The notes under the pieces are model-generated. The model did not search any database. It was not told the DNA's origin and saw only the letters and a program-made list of their open reading frames with translations. This document shows positions 34,385-44,762 of a DNA stretch of 64,000 nt, piece after piece. Source of the DNA: an uncultured Actinomycetes bacterium (GTDB taxonomy: Bacteria > Actinomycetota > UBA4738 > HRBIN12); the NCBI GenBank assembly GCA_963758715.1, contig CAVWWK010000004.1, positions 225,404-289,403 on the forward strand. The letters are read 5' to 3'. How positions within the stretch are numbered: the first letter of the stretch is position 1; every line of letters begins with the position of its first letter. Both the position numbers and the translations under genes were made by a program.

Positions 34385-34930
34385 CTACTGTCCAGTTGCG
34401 AGTCGTTGTTTGGCTCGATCGAGCCGGGTGGCGACCGAGCCGTCGAACACCTCGTCGCCGACGCGCGCCACGATGCCCCCCACGACCGTCGGGTCGACCA
34501 CGACCTTGACGTCGACGGTGCGTCCCGTCGCGTGCGACAGGGCCTGGGCGAGCCGGTCGCGTTGTGCATCGGTGAGGTCGACGGCGCTGCGGACCTCCGC
34601 GAGCGCGTGGTCGCGTTCCCTCGCAGCGCGCTCCGCGAGCTCCTCGACCACGCCGGGGATCTGCTTCGCGCGCCCCGCATCGATCACGAAGCCCAACAGG
34701 CTGACGGTGACCGGGTTCACACGGTCGCCGAGCAGCTCGGCCATGACCGCCTTCTTGTTCTCGGCCGGCAGCGTGGCGTCGGTGAGCGCTTCCCGCAGGG
34801 GCGTGTTCTGTTCGAGCGCCTTGGCGAAGCCGTACAGCTCGTCCTCGACCACCGGCAGCACGCCTTCGGCCCGCGCGACCGAGAACATGGCCTCGGCGTA
34901 CCCCTGGATCAGGTCCTGGTCGCGCGTCAT
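34385..34930 (-). CDS. atpH: ATP synthase delta subunit.
   Basis: OSCP-like. Start MTRDQD at 34930 overlaps the atpF stop (ATGA). Confidence 0.85.
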   Translation of the reverse strand: MTRDQDLIQGYAEAMFSVARAEGVLPVVEDELYGFAKALEQNTPLREALTDATLPAENKKAVMAELLGDRVNPVTVSLLGFVIDAGRAKQIPGVVEELAERAARERDHALAEVRSAVDLTDAQRDRLAQALSHATGRTVDVKVVVDPTVVGGIVARVGDEVFDGSVATRLDRAKQRLATGQ

Positions 34931-34931
34931 C

Positions 34932-35486
34932 TCAGTTCTGTCCGTTCCCGCTGGTGACCTCGTCGATGTAGTCATCGATCAGCCGCGCATGCGCGCCCTC
35001 GTCGAGGGACTGGCCGACCACGCGTCCGGCGAGCTCGACGGCGATCTCCCCGACCTGCGCACGCAGCTCGGAGAAGACGCGATCGCGTTCCACGCGGATC
35101 TCCTCCTGCGCCCGGGACACGGTGGCCTGGGCCTCCTCCTCGGCCGCGGACTGGATGTCCATGCGGACCTGGTCGGCGGCGCGGCGGGCCTCCTCGATGA
35201 TCCGGTTGGCCTCCTCCTTGGAGTTCGCGAGCTGGGCCCGGTAGTCCGCGAGGAGGGTGTCGGCCTCCTGGCGGGTGGTCTCGGCCTTCTCGAGCTCCCC
35301 CTGGATCTTGGAACGGCGTTCCTCGAGCATGGTGTTGAGCCGCGGCAGCACCCACTTCCACATGAAGAAGAACAGGATCGCGAACGCGAGCGCGCCCACG
35401 ACGAGCTCTTCCCAGTGCGGGTAGAGGTCCGCCGGATCGTTGGTGTGCTCCTCGGCTTGGGCGAGGAGCGCCAGGATCGTTGCCAT
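34932..35486 (-). CDS. atpF: ATP synthase Fo subunit b.
   Basis: 184 aa. One N-terminal TM helix, then a long charged helix. Confidence 0.9.
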   Translation of the reverse strand: MATILALLAQAEEHTNDPADLYPHWEELVVGALAFAILFFFMWKWVLPRLNTMLEERRSKIQGELEKAETTRQEADTLLADYRAQLANSKEEANRIIEEARRAADQVRMDIQSAAEEEAQATVSRAQEEIRVERDRVFSELRAQVGEIAVELAGRVVGQSLDEGAHARLIDDYIDEVTSGNGQN

Positions 35487-35501
35487 CGATGCGGCCCCCC
35501 T

Positions 35502-35765
<264 letters not shown>

Positions 35766-36563
35766 TCAGTGCTCCTCGGCCATCGCGCCGCCGATGTAGG
35801 AGGCGGTCAGGATGGAGAAGATGAACGCTTGAAGTCCGGACACGAAGATCTCGAAGCCGACGAGCGCGACGCCGATCGCGAACGAGAACGGCGCGAAGAT
35901 GACCGCGGGGAAGCCACCCTCGAGCATCGCGATCGTGCCGAGGAAGAACACGGCGAGCAGGAAGTGGCCGGCCATGAAGTTGGCCCAGAGTCGGACGGAC
36001 AGGGTGATCGGCCGGATGATGATCTGGGTGAAGAACTCGATGGGCACGAGCAGGGGGTAGAGCCACCAGGGGGCGCCCGGCGGGAAGCACACATGGCGCA
36101 GGTATCCCAGGAAGCCGTGCTTGGCGATGCCCACCGCGTTGTAGGTGACCCACGCGATGAGCGCCATCACCAGGGGGAAGGCGATCCGGCTGTTCGAGGA
36201 GAAGTTGATGCCCGGCGCCACCTCGAAGATGTTCCAGAAGAAGATCGCGAAGAAGAACGTCGCGAGCAGCGGCATGAACCTGTCGCTGTCGGTCCCGAGC
36301 ATGGGGAAGGCGATGCTCTCGCGGACGAACTGGATGCCCACCTCGGTGAGGCTCTGCATCTTGCTCGGCACGACCTTGGTGCGTCTCAGCCCGAAGTAGA
36401 AGAACGCGATGAAGCCGACCATCCCGAGCAAGACGAGGAAGTTGATGAAGTTGAGGCAGAACTCGAGGTCGCCGATGTGCAGCGACGGACCCCAGCAGTC
36501 CCAGACGAAGTCCTTGGTGGTGGGCGGCTCGAAGGCCGCGATGAGCCCGAGGAGTCCCATCAT
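35766..36563 (-). CDS. atpB: ATP synthase Fo subunit a.
   Basis: Conserved Arg helix (RLWANFMAGH). Start MMGLLG overlaps the atpI stop (ATGA). Confidence 0.9.
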   Translation of the reverse strand: MMGLLGLIAAFEPPTTKDFVWDCWGPSLHIGDLEFCLNFINFLVLLGMVGFIAFFYFGLRRTKVVPSKMQSLTEVGIQFVRESIAFPMLGTDSDRFMPLLATFFFAIFFWNIFEVAPGINFSSNSRIAFPLVMALIAWVTYNAVGIAKHGFLGYLRHVCFPPGAPWWLYPLLVPIEFFTQIIIRPITLSVRLWANFMAGHFLLAVFFLGTIAMLEGGFPAVIFAPFSFAIGVALVGFEIFVSGLQAFIFSILTASYIGGAMAEEH

Positions 36564-36985
36564 CGGCCGGCCCCGCGGCCCTCGGGAAGGCTCCACAGGT
36601 CGGCCTGCATCCTGCCGGAGATCATCTGGATCTCGACCGCCAGCAGCGCCACCGTGCACACGACGAACGCGGCGATGAAGGCGCCCACCGAGAACCAGGA
36701 GAGATCCTGGAGCAGGAGCAGCAGCACGACCAGGACCGCCATGCGGACGAGGAACCCGCCCAGCGCCACGCCGTAGAGGAGCGTCAGCGAGATGCGCGCC
36801 GCGTACGCGACCGAGTACGCGAAGAACACGAAGTTCGCGGAAACGACGACGATCGCCAGCGCCGCCGAGAGCGCGGCGTCACGACCTCCGAACAGCCCCC
36901 CGAGGATGGCGGCTGCGGCGATGGCTGGAACGGAGAGCGGGAGCACCCTCCGGACGAGCTCGAGTTCGGGCTCAGCTGTCGCCAC
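36560..36985 (-). CDS. atpI: ATP synthase protein I (AtpI-like hydrophobic protein).
   Basis: 141 aa, 4 TM. Position immediately upstream of atpB. Confidence 0.6.
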   Translation of the reverse strand: MATAEPELELVRRVLPLSVPAIAAAAILGGLFGGRDAALSAALAIVVVSANFVFFAYSVAYAARISLTLLYGVALGGFLVRMAVLVVLLLLLQDLSWFSVGAFIAAFVVCTVALLAVEIQMISGRMQADLWSLPEGRGAGR

Positions 36986-37202
36986 TGTCTCCCTTGCCGT
37001 ACCTCAGGTACACGATGTAGATGGAGCAAGCCGCACCCAGGACGGTGCCGAACGCGAAGAACACGTTCGGCGCCCCGACCAGGCGGTCGATGACGTACCC
37101 GACGCCGCCCCAGAAGACGACCCCCGCGATCATGGTCGCGGTGACGCTCCATCCGGTCCCCATGCCCGACCACGCCTGATCTCGCTGAGGTGGGGCAGCC
37201 AT
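36972..37202 (-). CDS. AtpZ/AtpR-like small membrane protein (ATPase_gene1 family).
   Basis: GWSVTATMIAGVVFWGGVGYVIDRLVGAPNVFFAFGTVLGAACSIYIVYLRY has two TM helices and fits the AtpZ pattern. The real start is probably an internal Met. Confidence 0.55.
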   Translation of the reverse strand: MAAPPQRDQAWSGMGTGWSVTATMIAGVVFWGGVGYVIDRLVGAPNVFFAFGTVLGAACSIYIVYLRYGKGDSGDS

Positions 37203-37290
37203 TGCGCGCGGAGTATAGCGGTGGCCACCGAGGGCGTCAAAATCGCGAGAACAGCGTTTCCGCAGGTCCGAGGCCGTTTTCTCGTGACCT

Positions 37291-37306
37291 TGTGAAAGTT
37301 TTCACG
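37291..37306. promoter_or_regulatory. CRP/FNR-type site TGTGA-N6-TCACG (tGTGAAAgtTTTCACg), with an adjacent half-palindrome CGAAgtTTCG.
   Basis: AT-rich inverted repeat in 70%-GC DNA, 90-140 nt upstream of the atpZ/atpI start in the potC-atp intergenic region. Confidence 0.45.
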
Positions 37307-37383
37307 AAGTTTCGGACGCACGCCGCGCCCCGCACGGGGACCGAAGGGGACGCGGTTTCGTCGCTGGCTGGCGCGGGTCTCGC

Positions 37384-38268
37384 TCAGTTCTTGCGCCTGC
37401 TCGCGCGCGTGCCCACGATGAGGTTGGTGCCCGCCGCCAGGAGCCCGGCCGAGAACAACACCGTGCCCCAGACGTTCACCTGGGGCGGCACGCCCAGCCG
37501 CGTCGCGCCGTAGACCCAGGTCGGGAAGGTGTTGGTCTGCCCCTGGACGAAGTTCGTGATGACGAAGTCGTCGAGCGACAGCACGAACGCCAGCAGGAAT
37601 CCCGCCACGATGCCGGGCAGGATCAGCGGGAAGGTCACACGGAAGAAGGCCTGGAGCGGGGTCGCGAACAGGTCCTGGGCGGCGTTCTCCAGGGAACGGT
37701 CGAGCCCCTGCACGCGCGCCCGGACCGTGATCGCGACGAACGCGATCGCGAAGCCGATGTGGGAGAACAGGATCGTGGGGTATCCGATGCCGATCGCGAC
37801 GCCGGCCGGCTGCGTGGAGTTCAGACGCACGAACATCGCGAGCAGGGCCGACCCCAGCACGATCTCGGGCACCGCGATCGCGAGGAAGATCACGAAGTTC
37901 ACGCCGCCGCGGCCGTGGAAACGGTACCTGCCGAGCACCAGGCCGATCAACGCGCCGAGCGCGGTCGCGATCAGCGCGGCGGGCACGGCCACGGCGATCG
38001 AGGTCTTCAGGGACTCGTTCAGCGGGGGGATCGCCGCGATGTTCTTCCACCAGTTGAGCGTGCAGCAGGTGAAGCGCGCGACCTGGCGCTCCCCCGCGAT
38101 GTCGTTGAATCCGTAGAGGATCATCACGAAGATCGGGCTCGCCAGGTAGACGATCATGGCGACGGTGAAGATGCCCATGATGTAGAGGCCGATGGGGCGG
38201 CGCTTCTTCCGCAGCGGCGGCCGTTCGATCTCGGTTGCGGGCGGACGGTCGACCGTGACGGCGCTCAT
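37384..38268 (-). CDS. potC: Spermidine/putrescine ABC transporter permease PotC.
   Basis: 294 aa, 6 TM, EAA-like loop. ATGA overlap with the potB stop. Confidence 0.85.
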   Translation of the reverse strand: MSAVTVDRPPATEIERPPLRKKRRPIGLYIMGIFTVAMIVYLASPIFVMILYGFNDIAGERQVARFTCCTLNWWKNIAAIPPLNESLKTSIAVAVPAALIATALGALIGLVLGRYRFHGRGGVNFVIFLAIAVPEIVLGSALLAMFVRLNSTQPAGVAIGIGYPTILFSHIGFAIAFVAITVRARVQGLDRSLENAAQDLFATPLQAFFRVTFPLILPGIVAGFLLAFVLSLDDFVITNFVQGQTNTFPTWVYGATRLGVPPQVNVWGTVLFSAGLLAAGTNLIVGTRASRRKN

Positions 38269-39237
38269 GTGGCGGCTCCCGCGGCGAGGGCATCGTCCTC
38301 GGTACCCAGCAGCTTCGCGTAGATCAGCGCCAGGATCAGCATGCCGATCATCAGGATCACCGAGAGCGCCGAGGCGATCGGGTAGTTGAACTGGGTCAGG
38401 AACTCCCGCTGGATCACCTGGCCGATCATGTAGGTCTGGGGAGACCCGAGCACCTGGGAGTTCACGTAGTCGCCCGTCGGCCGGCACGAACGTCAGGACC
38501 ACGGCCGCGAAGACGCCCGGGAACGAGAGCGGGAGCACCACCTTGCGGAACGCCTGGAACTTCGTCGCGTACAGGTCCTTGGCGGCCTCCACGAGGCGTC
38601 GGTCGATCCGCTCGAGCGCGACGTACAGGGGCAGCGCGGTGAACGGCAGGAAGTTGTACGTGATGCCGGCGATCACCGCGGTCGGCGTAGCCAGCACCTG
38701 GAAGTCCTCGGGCAGCAACCCGATGCTCTTCAACGGTGCGAACAACAGCCCGTCGTCGGCGAGGATGAACTTCCACTGCACGGTCCTGATGACGAACGAC
38801 ACGAAGAACGGGACCAGGATCAGGAAGAACAGGGTCGACTTCCAGCGCCCGCCGTAGAACGCGACCCAGTACATCATCGGGTAGGCCAGCAGGATGCAGA
38901 TCACGGTCGCGATCCCCGAGTACAGGAGCGACTTCGCGTAGAAGCCCTTGTACTGGGAGAACGCGTCCGTGTAGTTGCTGAACTCCCACGTGAAGGTGTA
39001 GCCGCCCGAGAGCAAGCCGCCGCTCTGCAACGACGTGAACACCACGATGAACATCGGAACGATGAACGCGATCAGTAGGTAGATCGTGCCCGGCGCGAGG
39101 AGGCCGTACGCGACGCGACGTTGCCGCTTCGCCAGGACCTGGTCGGCGCGCTCCGGCGGCTCGTCACCGCCCGCGGTGAGGACGTGCTCGGCGGCGAGCG
39201 CGTCGCCGAGCGACTCGTGCCCTCCCTCCACGGTCAT
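38265..39237 (-). CDS. potB: Spermidine/putrescine ABC transporter permease PotB (one frameshift at the CCC run 38473-38475).
   Basis: The two halves are contiguous if one base is removed (...TFVPADG / DYVNSQVLGSPQTYMIGQVIQ...). Confidence 0.8.
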
Positions 39238-39256
39238 GTGTTCAGCTTCCTCGAGG

Positions 39257-40546
39257 TCAGCTCTCGGACAGCGGGACGAAGATCGCGTCCCACTCGTCCC
39301 GCTCCTCTTCGGTGGTGAGGTTGCGCCCGAACGGTGTCTTCTCCAGCAGCGCCTCGTCCGGCCACAGGAACTTGTTGTTGGCCATGCCGTCGAGCGCCTT
39401 GGCGGTGGCGGGGTCCTTCTCCGTCTTCGCGTGGTCGGCGAGCAGGTCCTGCACGGCGGGCACGGGCGACATGTAGGCCACCCACTCGGTGATCAGCTGC
39501 GCGACCTCGGGCGTGTAGACGAAGTCCATCAGCTGGAGCGCGCCCTGCGGGTTGGCCGAGTTCGCGGGATCAGCATGTTGTCGATCCACAGGAGGGCGCC
39601 GCCCTCCGGCACGATGAACTCGAAGGGGTAGTTCTCCCAGAGCTTGTAGTACAGGACGTCGCCCGACCACGCCATCGAGGCCGACAGGTTCCCGGCGGTG
39701 AAGTCGTCGATGTAGCCCTGGTCGTAGAACTGGCGCACCGTGCCGGAGTCCTTCAGCATCTGGATCCAGGCGGCGGCCTCCTTCCACTCCTCGGGCCCCG
39801 AGTCCGCCGGCGTGATGCCGAGGTTGATCATCACGACGTCGGGCATGTCCTGGTTCAACATGCCGATCGCGTTCGTCCCCACGATGTCGGGGTTCATGAG
39901 GTCGTCCATCTTGGTGAGCGGGCCGCTGACCTTGTCGAGGTTGTAGCCCACGCCCGTGAGCCCCGACTGCCAGGCCATCGAGTACTTGTTGGCCTCATCG
40001 AACTCGGGGTCCTTGGCCCAGGTGGCGGCGTTCGCGTCGAAGTTGGGACGCATGGACGGATCGAGCTCGGTCGACCCACCCGTTGGTCGTGAGGTTCACG
40101 AACTCTCGCCCGTTCGTGATGACGATGATGTCCCAGCCCGTGTCCTGCCCGGCCTGGAGCTGCGGCAACAGCTTGCCGAAGAAGCTGTCGTTGCCGTTGA
40201 TCACGTCCTCGTAGTTGACCGCGATGCCCGTCTCTTCCTCGAACATCACCAGCGACGTGTGAACGCGATCGCCGTTCTCGTCCTTGGCCGTGTCGATGTA
40301 GAGCGGCCAGTTCGCGAAGTTGAGCGAGCTTCCCGGTTCGGCGCCGAAGTCGACCGCGGGTCCCGTGGCAGCGCCCGGAGGGGTGGTGGAGCCGCCGCAG
40401 GCGGCGAGGATGGATGCGAGGCTCAACGTGCCCACGGTCGCCCCGCCGTACTTGATCAGGTCCCGGCGGGAGACCCGGCGCTGCGTCATGCCCCGCATGA
40501 ACGCGCTCTCGGACCCTGGCATCCGGCTGGGGCGATCGTCTGTCAT
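39257..40546 (-). CDS. potD: Spermidine/putrescine-binding periplasmic protein PotD (two frameshifts, at about 39565 and about 40075).
   Basis: Three ORF fragments join into one PotD-like SBP. Both breaks are at G/C homopolymers. The N-terminus has a lipoprotein-like signal (LASILAACGG). Confidence 0.8.
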
Positions 40547-41685
40547 TCTTCTTCCTCCTCGAGGTTCAGGTCTTCCTGCGGCGTGACCGCGAAAGTGTTC
40601 TGCGGGCTCCACGACACCGTGACGGCATCTCCCTGGCGCGGTGCTTGGCCCTCACCGAGGTTCTGGACGTAGGCGGTGATCGTCGTGCCTCCCACGGACT
40701 CGATCTTGTACTGGTGGCTCACGCCGATGTACGTGCTCATCGTGACCGTGCCCTTGACGTGGTTCTCCTGCGAGGCGCCGTTCTCGCCGAGGGTGATCGT
40801 GAGCTTCTCGGGGCGCACGCCCACCTTGAGGCGCTCGCCGGCGTCGGCGGGGATGCGATCCGAGGGCACCTTCACGGTGCCCCCCGCGCTCAGCTGCACG
40901 GTCGCCACACCATCCGTCGTCTCGCGAACCTGGCCTTCCAGCATGTTGGAGGCGCCCAGGAACCCCGCGACGAACTCGGTCGCGGGGTTCTCGTAGACCT
41001 CCTCGGGGGCCCCGAGCTGCTCGATCTTGCCCAGGCGCATGACCGCGAACCGGTCGGACATCGTCATGGCCTCTTCCTGGTCGTGGGTCACGTAGATGAA
41101 CGTGATCCCCACCTCCTGCTGGATGCGCTTGAGCTCGAGCTGCATCTGCTTGCGCAGCTTGAGGTCCAGAGCGCCGAGGGGTTCGTCGAGCAGCAGGACC
41201 TTCGGCTGGTTGACCAGGGCGCGGGCGAGGGCCACGCGCTGCTGCTGGCCGCCCGACATCTGCGGTGGCTTGCGGTCTTCGAAGCCGGTCAGGTCGACGA
41301 GCCGCATCGCCTCCTTCGCGCGCGTCGCGATCTCGTCCTTGGGGACCTTCTTGCGTCGCAGGCCGAACGCCACGTTGTCCGCCACGTTCAGGTGTGGGAA
41401 CAGGGCGTAGGACTGGAAAACCGTGTTGACGTCTCGCTTGTACGGAGGCAGGTCCGTGACGTCTCGTCCGCCGAGGTAGACCGTGCCGTAGGTGGGATCC
41501 TCGAACCCGCCGATCATGCGGAGCGTCGTGGTCTTGCCGCACCCCGACGGGCCCAGCATCGAGAAGAACTCCCCCTCCTCGATGTCGAGCGACAGGTCGT
41601 CCACCGCGGCAACGCCACCGAACACCTTCGTGACGCGCTCGACGCGCACGTCGATCTCGTTCGGCACCTCCACCCCCTTTTCCAC
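40543..41685 (-). CDS. potA: Spermidine/putrescine ABC transporter ATPase PotA.
   Basis: 380 aa. GPSGCGKTT, LSGGQQQRVALARAL, a TOBE-like C-terminal domain. Confidence 0.92.
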   Translation of the reverse strand: MEKGVEVPNEIDVRVERVTKVFGGVAAVDDLSLDIEEGEFFSMLGPSGCGKTTTLRMIGGFEDPTYGTVYLGGRDVTDLPPYKRDVNTVFQSYALFPHLNVADNVAFGLRRKKVPKDEIATRAKEAMRLVDLTGFEDRKPPQMSGGQQQRVALARALVNQPKVLLLDEPLGALDLKLRKQMQLELKRIQQEVGITFIYVTHDQEEAMTMSDRFAVMRLGKIEQLGAPEEVYENPATEFVAGFLGASNMLEGQVRETTDGVATVQLSAGGTVKVPSDRIPADAGERLKVGVRPEKLTITLGENGASQENHVKGTVTMSTYIGVSHQYKIESVGGTTITAYVQNLGEGQAPRQGDAVTVSWSPQNTFAVTPQEDLNLEEEEE

Positions 41686-41810
41686 CCCGCCCGTGAGGGC
41701 CTTGCGGCGGGGCGATCATCACCCGTCGTAACCGCTCCCGCACCCGGCGGGATCGGACATGCATCATCGACCACTTGTACGGAACGGACAAGGGGCAGGA
41801 TGGAGCAACC

Positions 41811-42974
41811 TCAGGCGGGGTGCTCCGTGGACGGCGCCGCCGGCGCGTCGCCGTCCACGGGGCCCTGCTCGGGGGGGCCACCGTTGGGCCGGCGCCATCG
41901 GTCGAGCGCGGGCAACGCCGTGATCAGGAACAGGATCACCGCCCCCAGCAGGATCAGCCCCACGGTCGTCCGGCCATCGATGAGCCCCACCGCGAGCGCG
42001 CTCCCCGAGATCAGCACGCTCCACAGGTACATCAGCAGGACCGCTCGCGAGTGGCTGTGCCCGATCTCCATCAGGCGGTGATGGATGTGCTCCTTGTCTG
42101 CGTGGCCGATCCCCTGTCCGCGGAACGTCCGTCGCGCCACAGCGAGCGCCACGTCCAGGAACGGGATGAACAACACCAACAGGGGAACGACCAGGACGCC
42201 CGCGATCGCGGCGAGGTCGCCCCCGGAGGGCGGGAGCGGGTTCCGGCCGACACCCGAGATCGTGAACGTCGCCACCAGCATCCCCAGCAACATCGATCCC
42301 GAGTCACCCATGAAGATCTTGGCGGGATGGAAGTTCCACGGCAGGAAGCCGACGCAGATGCCCACGGTGATCGCCGACAGCAGCGCCGCGGCCGACGCGT
42401 CGCCGAACGAGCTCGGCGTGCGCACCACGTAGATGAAGAACGCCCCGGCGGCGATCGCCACCATGCCCGCCGCCAGCCCGTCGAGGCCGTCGACCAGGTT
42501 CACCGCGTTCGCGATCGCCAGCACCCACAGGATCGTGAGCAGGGCCGCGAGGTCGGGCGTGAGGTCGACCACGCCGAGCCCCGGGAGCCAGAAGTAGGCC
42601 AGCGAGGCGCCCATCAGCACCAGGACGCCGGCGATGAAGATCTGCGCGGTCCCCTTGGCCAGTGCGGACGTCCCGCGCCGATCATCGATGACGCCGAGGC
42701 CGACCATGAGCGTGCAGGTCACCAGTGCGGCGAGCGGTTCCGGGCTGCCTGCGCGCATCGCCGAGAAGAACGGCAGGACGAACGACAGTCCCAGGCCCGC
42801 GAGGAACCCCACGTACATCGCCAGGCCGCCCATCGTGGGCGTGGGCACGGGATGAACCTTCCGGTCGCCCGGACGATCGATCGCGCCGATCCGGATCACG
42901 AGCCGTCGCACGAGCGGCGTGGCCAGGAACGTCGTCCCCGCGCTCACGAGGAAGATCAACAGGTAGGCGCTCAC
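41811..42974 (-). CDS. wecA: UDP-GlcNAc:undecaprenyl-phosphate GlcNAc-1-phosphate transferase (WecA/Rfe, GT4/MraY-like).
   Basis: 387 aa polytopic. DRKVHPVPTPTMGG, VNLVDGLDGLAAG. Confidence 0.85.
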   Translation of the reverse strand: MSAYLLIFLVSAGTTFLATPLVRRLVIRIGAIDRPGDRKVHPVPTPTMGGLAMYVGFLAGLGLSFVLPFFSAMRAGSPEPLAALVTCTLMVGLGVIDDRRGTSALAKGTAQIFIAGVLVLMGASLAYFWLPGLGVVDLTPDLAALLTILWVLAIANAVNLVDGLDGLAAGMVAIAAGAFFIYVVRTPSSFGDASAAALLSAITVGICVGFLPWNFHPAKIFMGDSGSMLLGMLVATFTISGVGRNPLPPSGGDLAAIAGVLVVPLLVLFIPFLDVALAVARRTFRGQGIGHADKEHIHHRLMEIGHSHSRAVLLMYLWSVLISGSALAVGLIDGRTTVGLILLGAVILFLITALPALDRWRRPNGGPPEQGPVDGDAPAAPSTEHPA

Positions 42975-43040
42975 GCTGGCGCCAGTGTGGTGGCCCGGTC
43001 GCGGCGCGGCAACCAGGCCGGTGACGAGAGGCCGGTCACC

Positions 43041-44309
43041 CTACGGGTAGAGCGGGAACCGTTGCATCAGGTCGCGGACCCGCGCGCGAGCCTTCTCCTT
43101 GACGCCGGAGTCCTCGGGGCTCTTCATCACGTCGCCCATGATGCTCGCGATCTCACGCATCTCGGGCTCGTCCATGCCCAGCGTCGACGGGCCCGGCGTG
43201 CCGACCCTGATGCCCGAGGGCGTCGACGGCGGGTTGGGGTCGTAGGGGATCTGGTTCTTGTTGAGCGCGATGCCCACCTCGTCTGCGACGGCCTCCGCCG
43301 TTTTGCCGTCGATCCCCAACGGCCGAAGGTCCGCCAGGATCAGATGCGAGTCCGTGCCACCGGAGACGATGCGGAGCCCCTCATCCCCCAGGCCGGCCGC
43401 GAGGGCGCGCGCGTCGCGAACGGTGCGCTCGGCGTAGTCCCGGAACTCCTGGGTCGAGGCCTCCTTGAGCGCCACGGCCTTGGCGGCGATGCAGTGTTCG
43501 AGCGGACCGCCCTGCATCATGGGGAACACGGCCTTGTCGATGGCCTTGGCCTGTTCCTCCTTGCACAGGATCATCGCCCCGCGAGGCCCGCGCAGCGCCT
43601 TGTGCGTCGTGAAGGTGACGACGTCGGCATAGGGAACCGGCGAGCTGTACGCGCCGCCGGCCACCAGGCCGATGAAGTGCGAGGCATCCACCCACAGCAG
43701 GGCGCCCACCTCGTCGGCGATCTGGCGGAACGCCGCGAAGTCGATGTCACGCGGGTAGGCGGTGTAGCCGCTCAAGATGATCTTCGGCCGCTCCGCCTTC
43801 GCGAGGTCGCGGATCCGGTCCATGTCGAGCCGCTCGGTCTCCCGGTCCACCTCGTAGCCGATGAAGTTGAACCACTTGCCGCTGACGTTGACCGGGGAGC
43901 CGTGGGTGAGGTGCCCGCCGTGCGCCAGCACCATCCCCAGCACCTTGTCGTCGGAGCCGGGCGTCAGGAACGCCCCGAACACGGCCATGTTGGCCGAGGC
44001 GCCGGAATGGGGCTGTACGTTGGCGTGCTCGGCCCCGAAGAGGGCCTTCGCGCGATCGATCGCGAGCTGTTCTGTGACGTCGACGAACTCACAGCCACCG
44101 TAGTAGCGGCGGCCGGGGTAGCCCTCGGCGTACTTGTCGTTCATGGTGGAGCCGAGAGCGGCCAGGACCGCCGGGCTCGCGTAGTTCTCGGATGCGATCA
44201 AGCGAAGGTTCGTCCGTTCGCGCTCCAGCTCGTTCACCAGCGCCTCGGCGACCTCCGGATCGGTGGCCTTCAGGGCCTCCCAGTCCGCTGCGTACTCCCT
44301 GTTCGTCAT
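43041..44309 (-). CDS. glyA: Serine hydroxymethyltransferase.
   Basis: Start MTNREYAADW. THKALRGPRGAMIL (the PLP lysine). Confidence 0.93.
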   Translation of the reverse strand: MTNREYAADWEALKATDPEVAEALVNELERERTNLRLIASENYASPAVLAALGSTMNDKYAEGYPGRRYYGGCEFVDVTEQLAIDRAKALFGAEHANVQPHSGASANMAVFGAFLTPGSDDKVLGMVLAHGGHLTHGSPVNVSGKWFNFIGYEVDRETERLDMDRIRDLAKAERPKIILSGYTAYPRDIDFAAFRQIADEVGALLWVDASHFIGLVAGGAYSSPVPYADVVTFTTHKALRGPRGAMILCKEEQAKAIDKAVFPMMQGGPLEHCIAAKAVALKEASTQEFRDYAERTVRDARALAAGLGDEGLRIVSGGTDSHLILADLRPLGIDGKTAEAVADEVGIALNKNQIPYDPNPPSTPSGIRVGTPGPSTLGMDEPEMREIASIMGDVMKSPEDSGVKEKARARVRDLMQRFPLYP

Positions 44310-44759
44310 CTCGGTGACTCCCCTCGTTCGATCTGCGCGATCTGCTCCAATCTCGGGACATGCCGGCCACCCTGGAACTCGGTGGCCAGCCATACTCGGG
44401 CGACCTCGCGTGCGTACTCGGGCGCGACCACCCTGGCGCCCATGCTCAACACGTTGGCATCGTTGTGTTCGCGCGAAAGTTGCGCCAGGTACAGGTCATG
44501 GCAGAGCGCGGCGCGGATCCCGCGCACCTTGTTGGCCGCGATCTGCTCCCCCTGACCCGAACCCCCGAGCACGATCCCGCGGTCCGCCTCGCCGCCTGCC
44601 ACCTTCTCGCGCCGCCGCCGCGCAGAACAGCGGATAGTCCACGGGTTCGGTCGAATCGGTGCCGCAGTCGAGGACCGCGTGACCATGGCCGGTGAGGAAC
44701 TCCTTGAGGTCCTCCTTCAGCGGGTAGCCCGCGTGATCGCTGCCCATCGCGATGCGCAC
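44306..44759 (-). CDS. rpiB: Ribose-5-phosphate isomerase B (one frameshift at about 44615).
   Basis: MRIAMGSDHAGY...LFCAAAA / ...GIVLGGSGQGEQIAANKVRGIRAAL sit in two frames. Confidence 0.8.
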
Positions 44760-44762
44760 GGC

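Noticed and set aside
37384-41685. potABCD as a decaying (pseudogenised) transporter operon
   Set aside because: The three frameshifts all fall in G/C homopolymer runs, and the remainder of each gene is fully conserved with no accumulated substitutions or stops. The pattern matches the sequencing indels seen in neighbouring essential genes.
41775-44555. 926-aa ORF on the plus strand, the longest ORF in the window
   Set aside because: It is entirely antisense to wecA and glyA. Its R/G/D/H-rich low-complexity translation is typical of the reverse strand of high-GC coding DNA, and it has no motif content.
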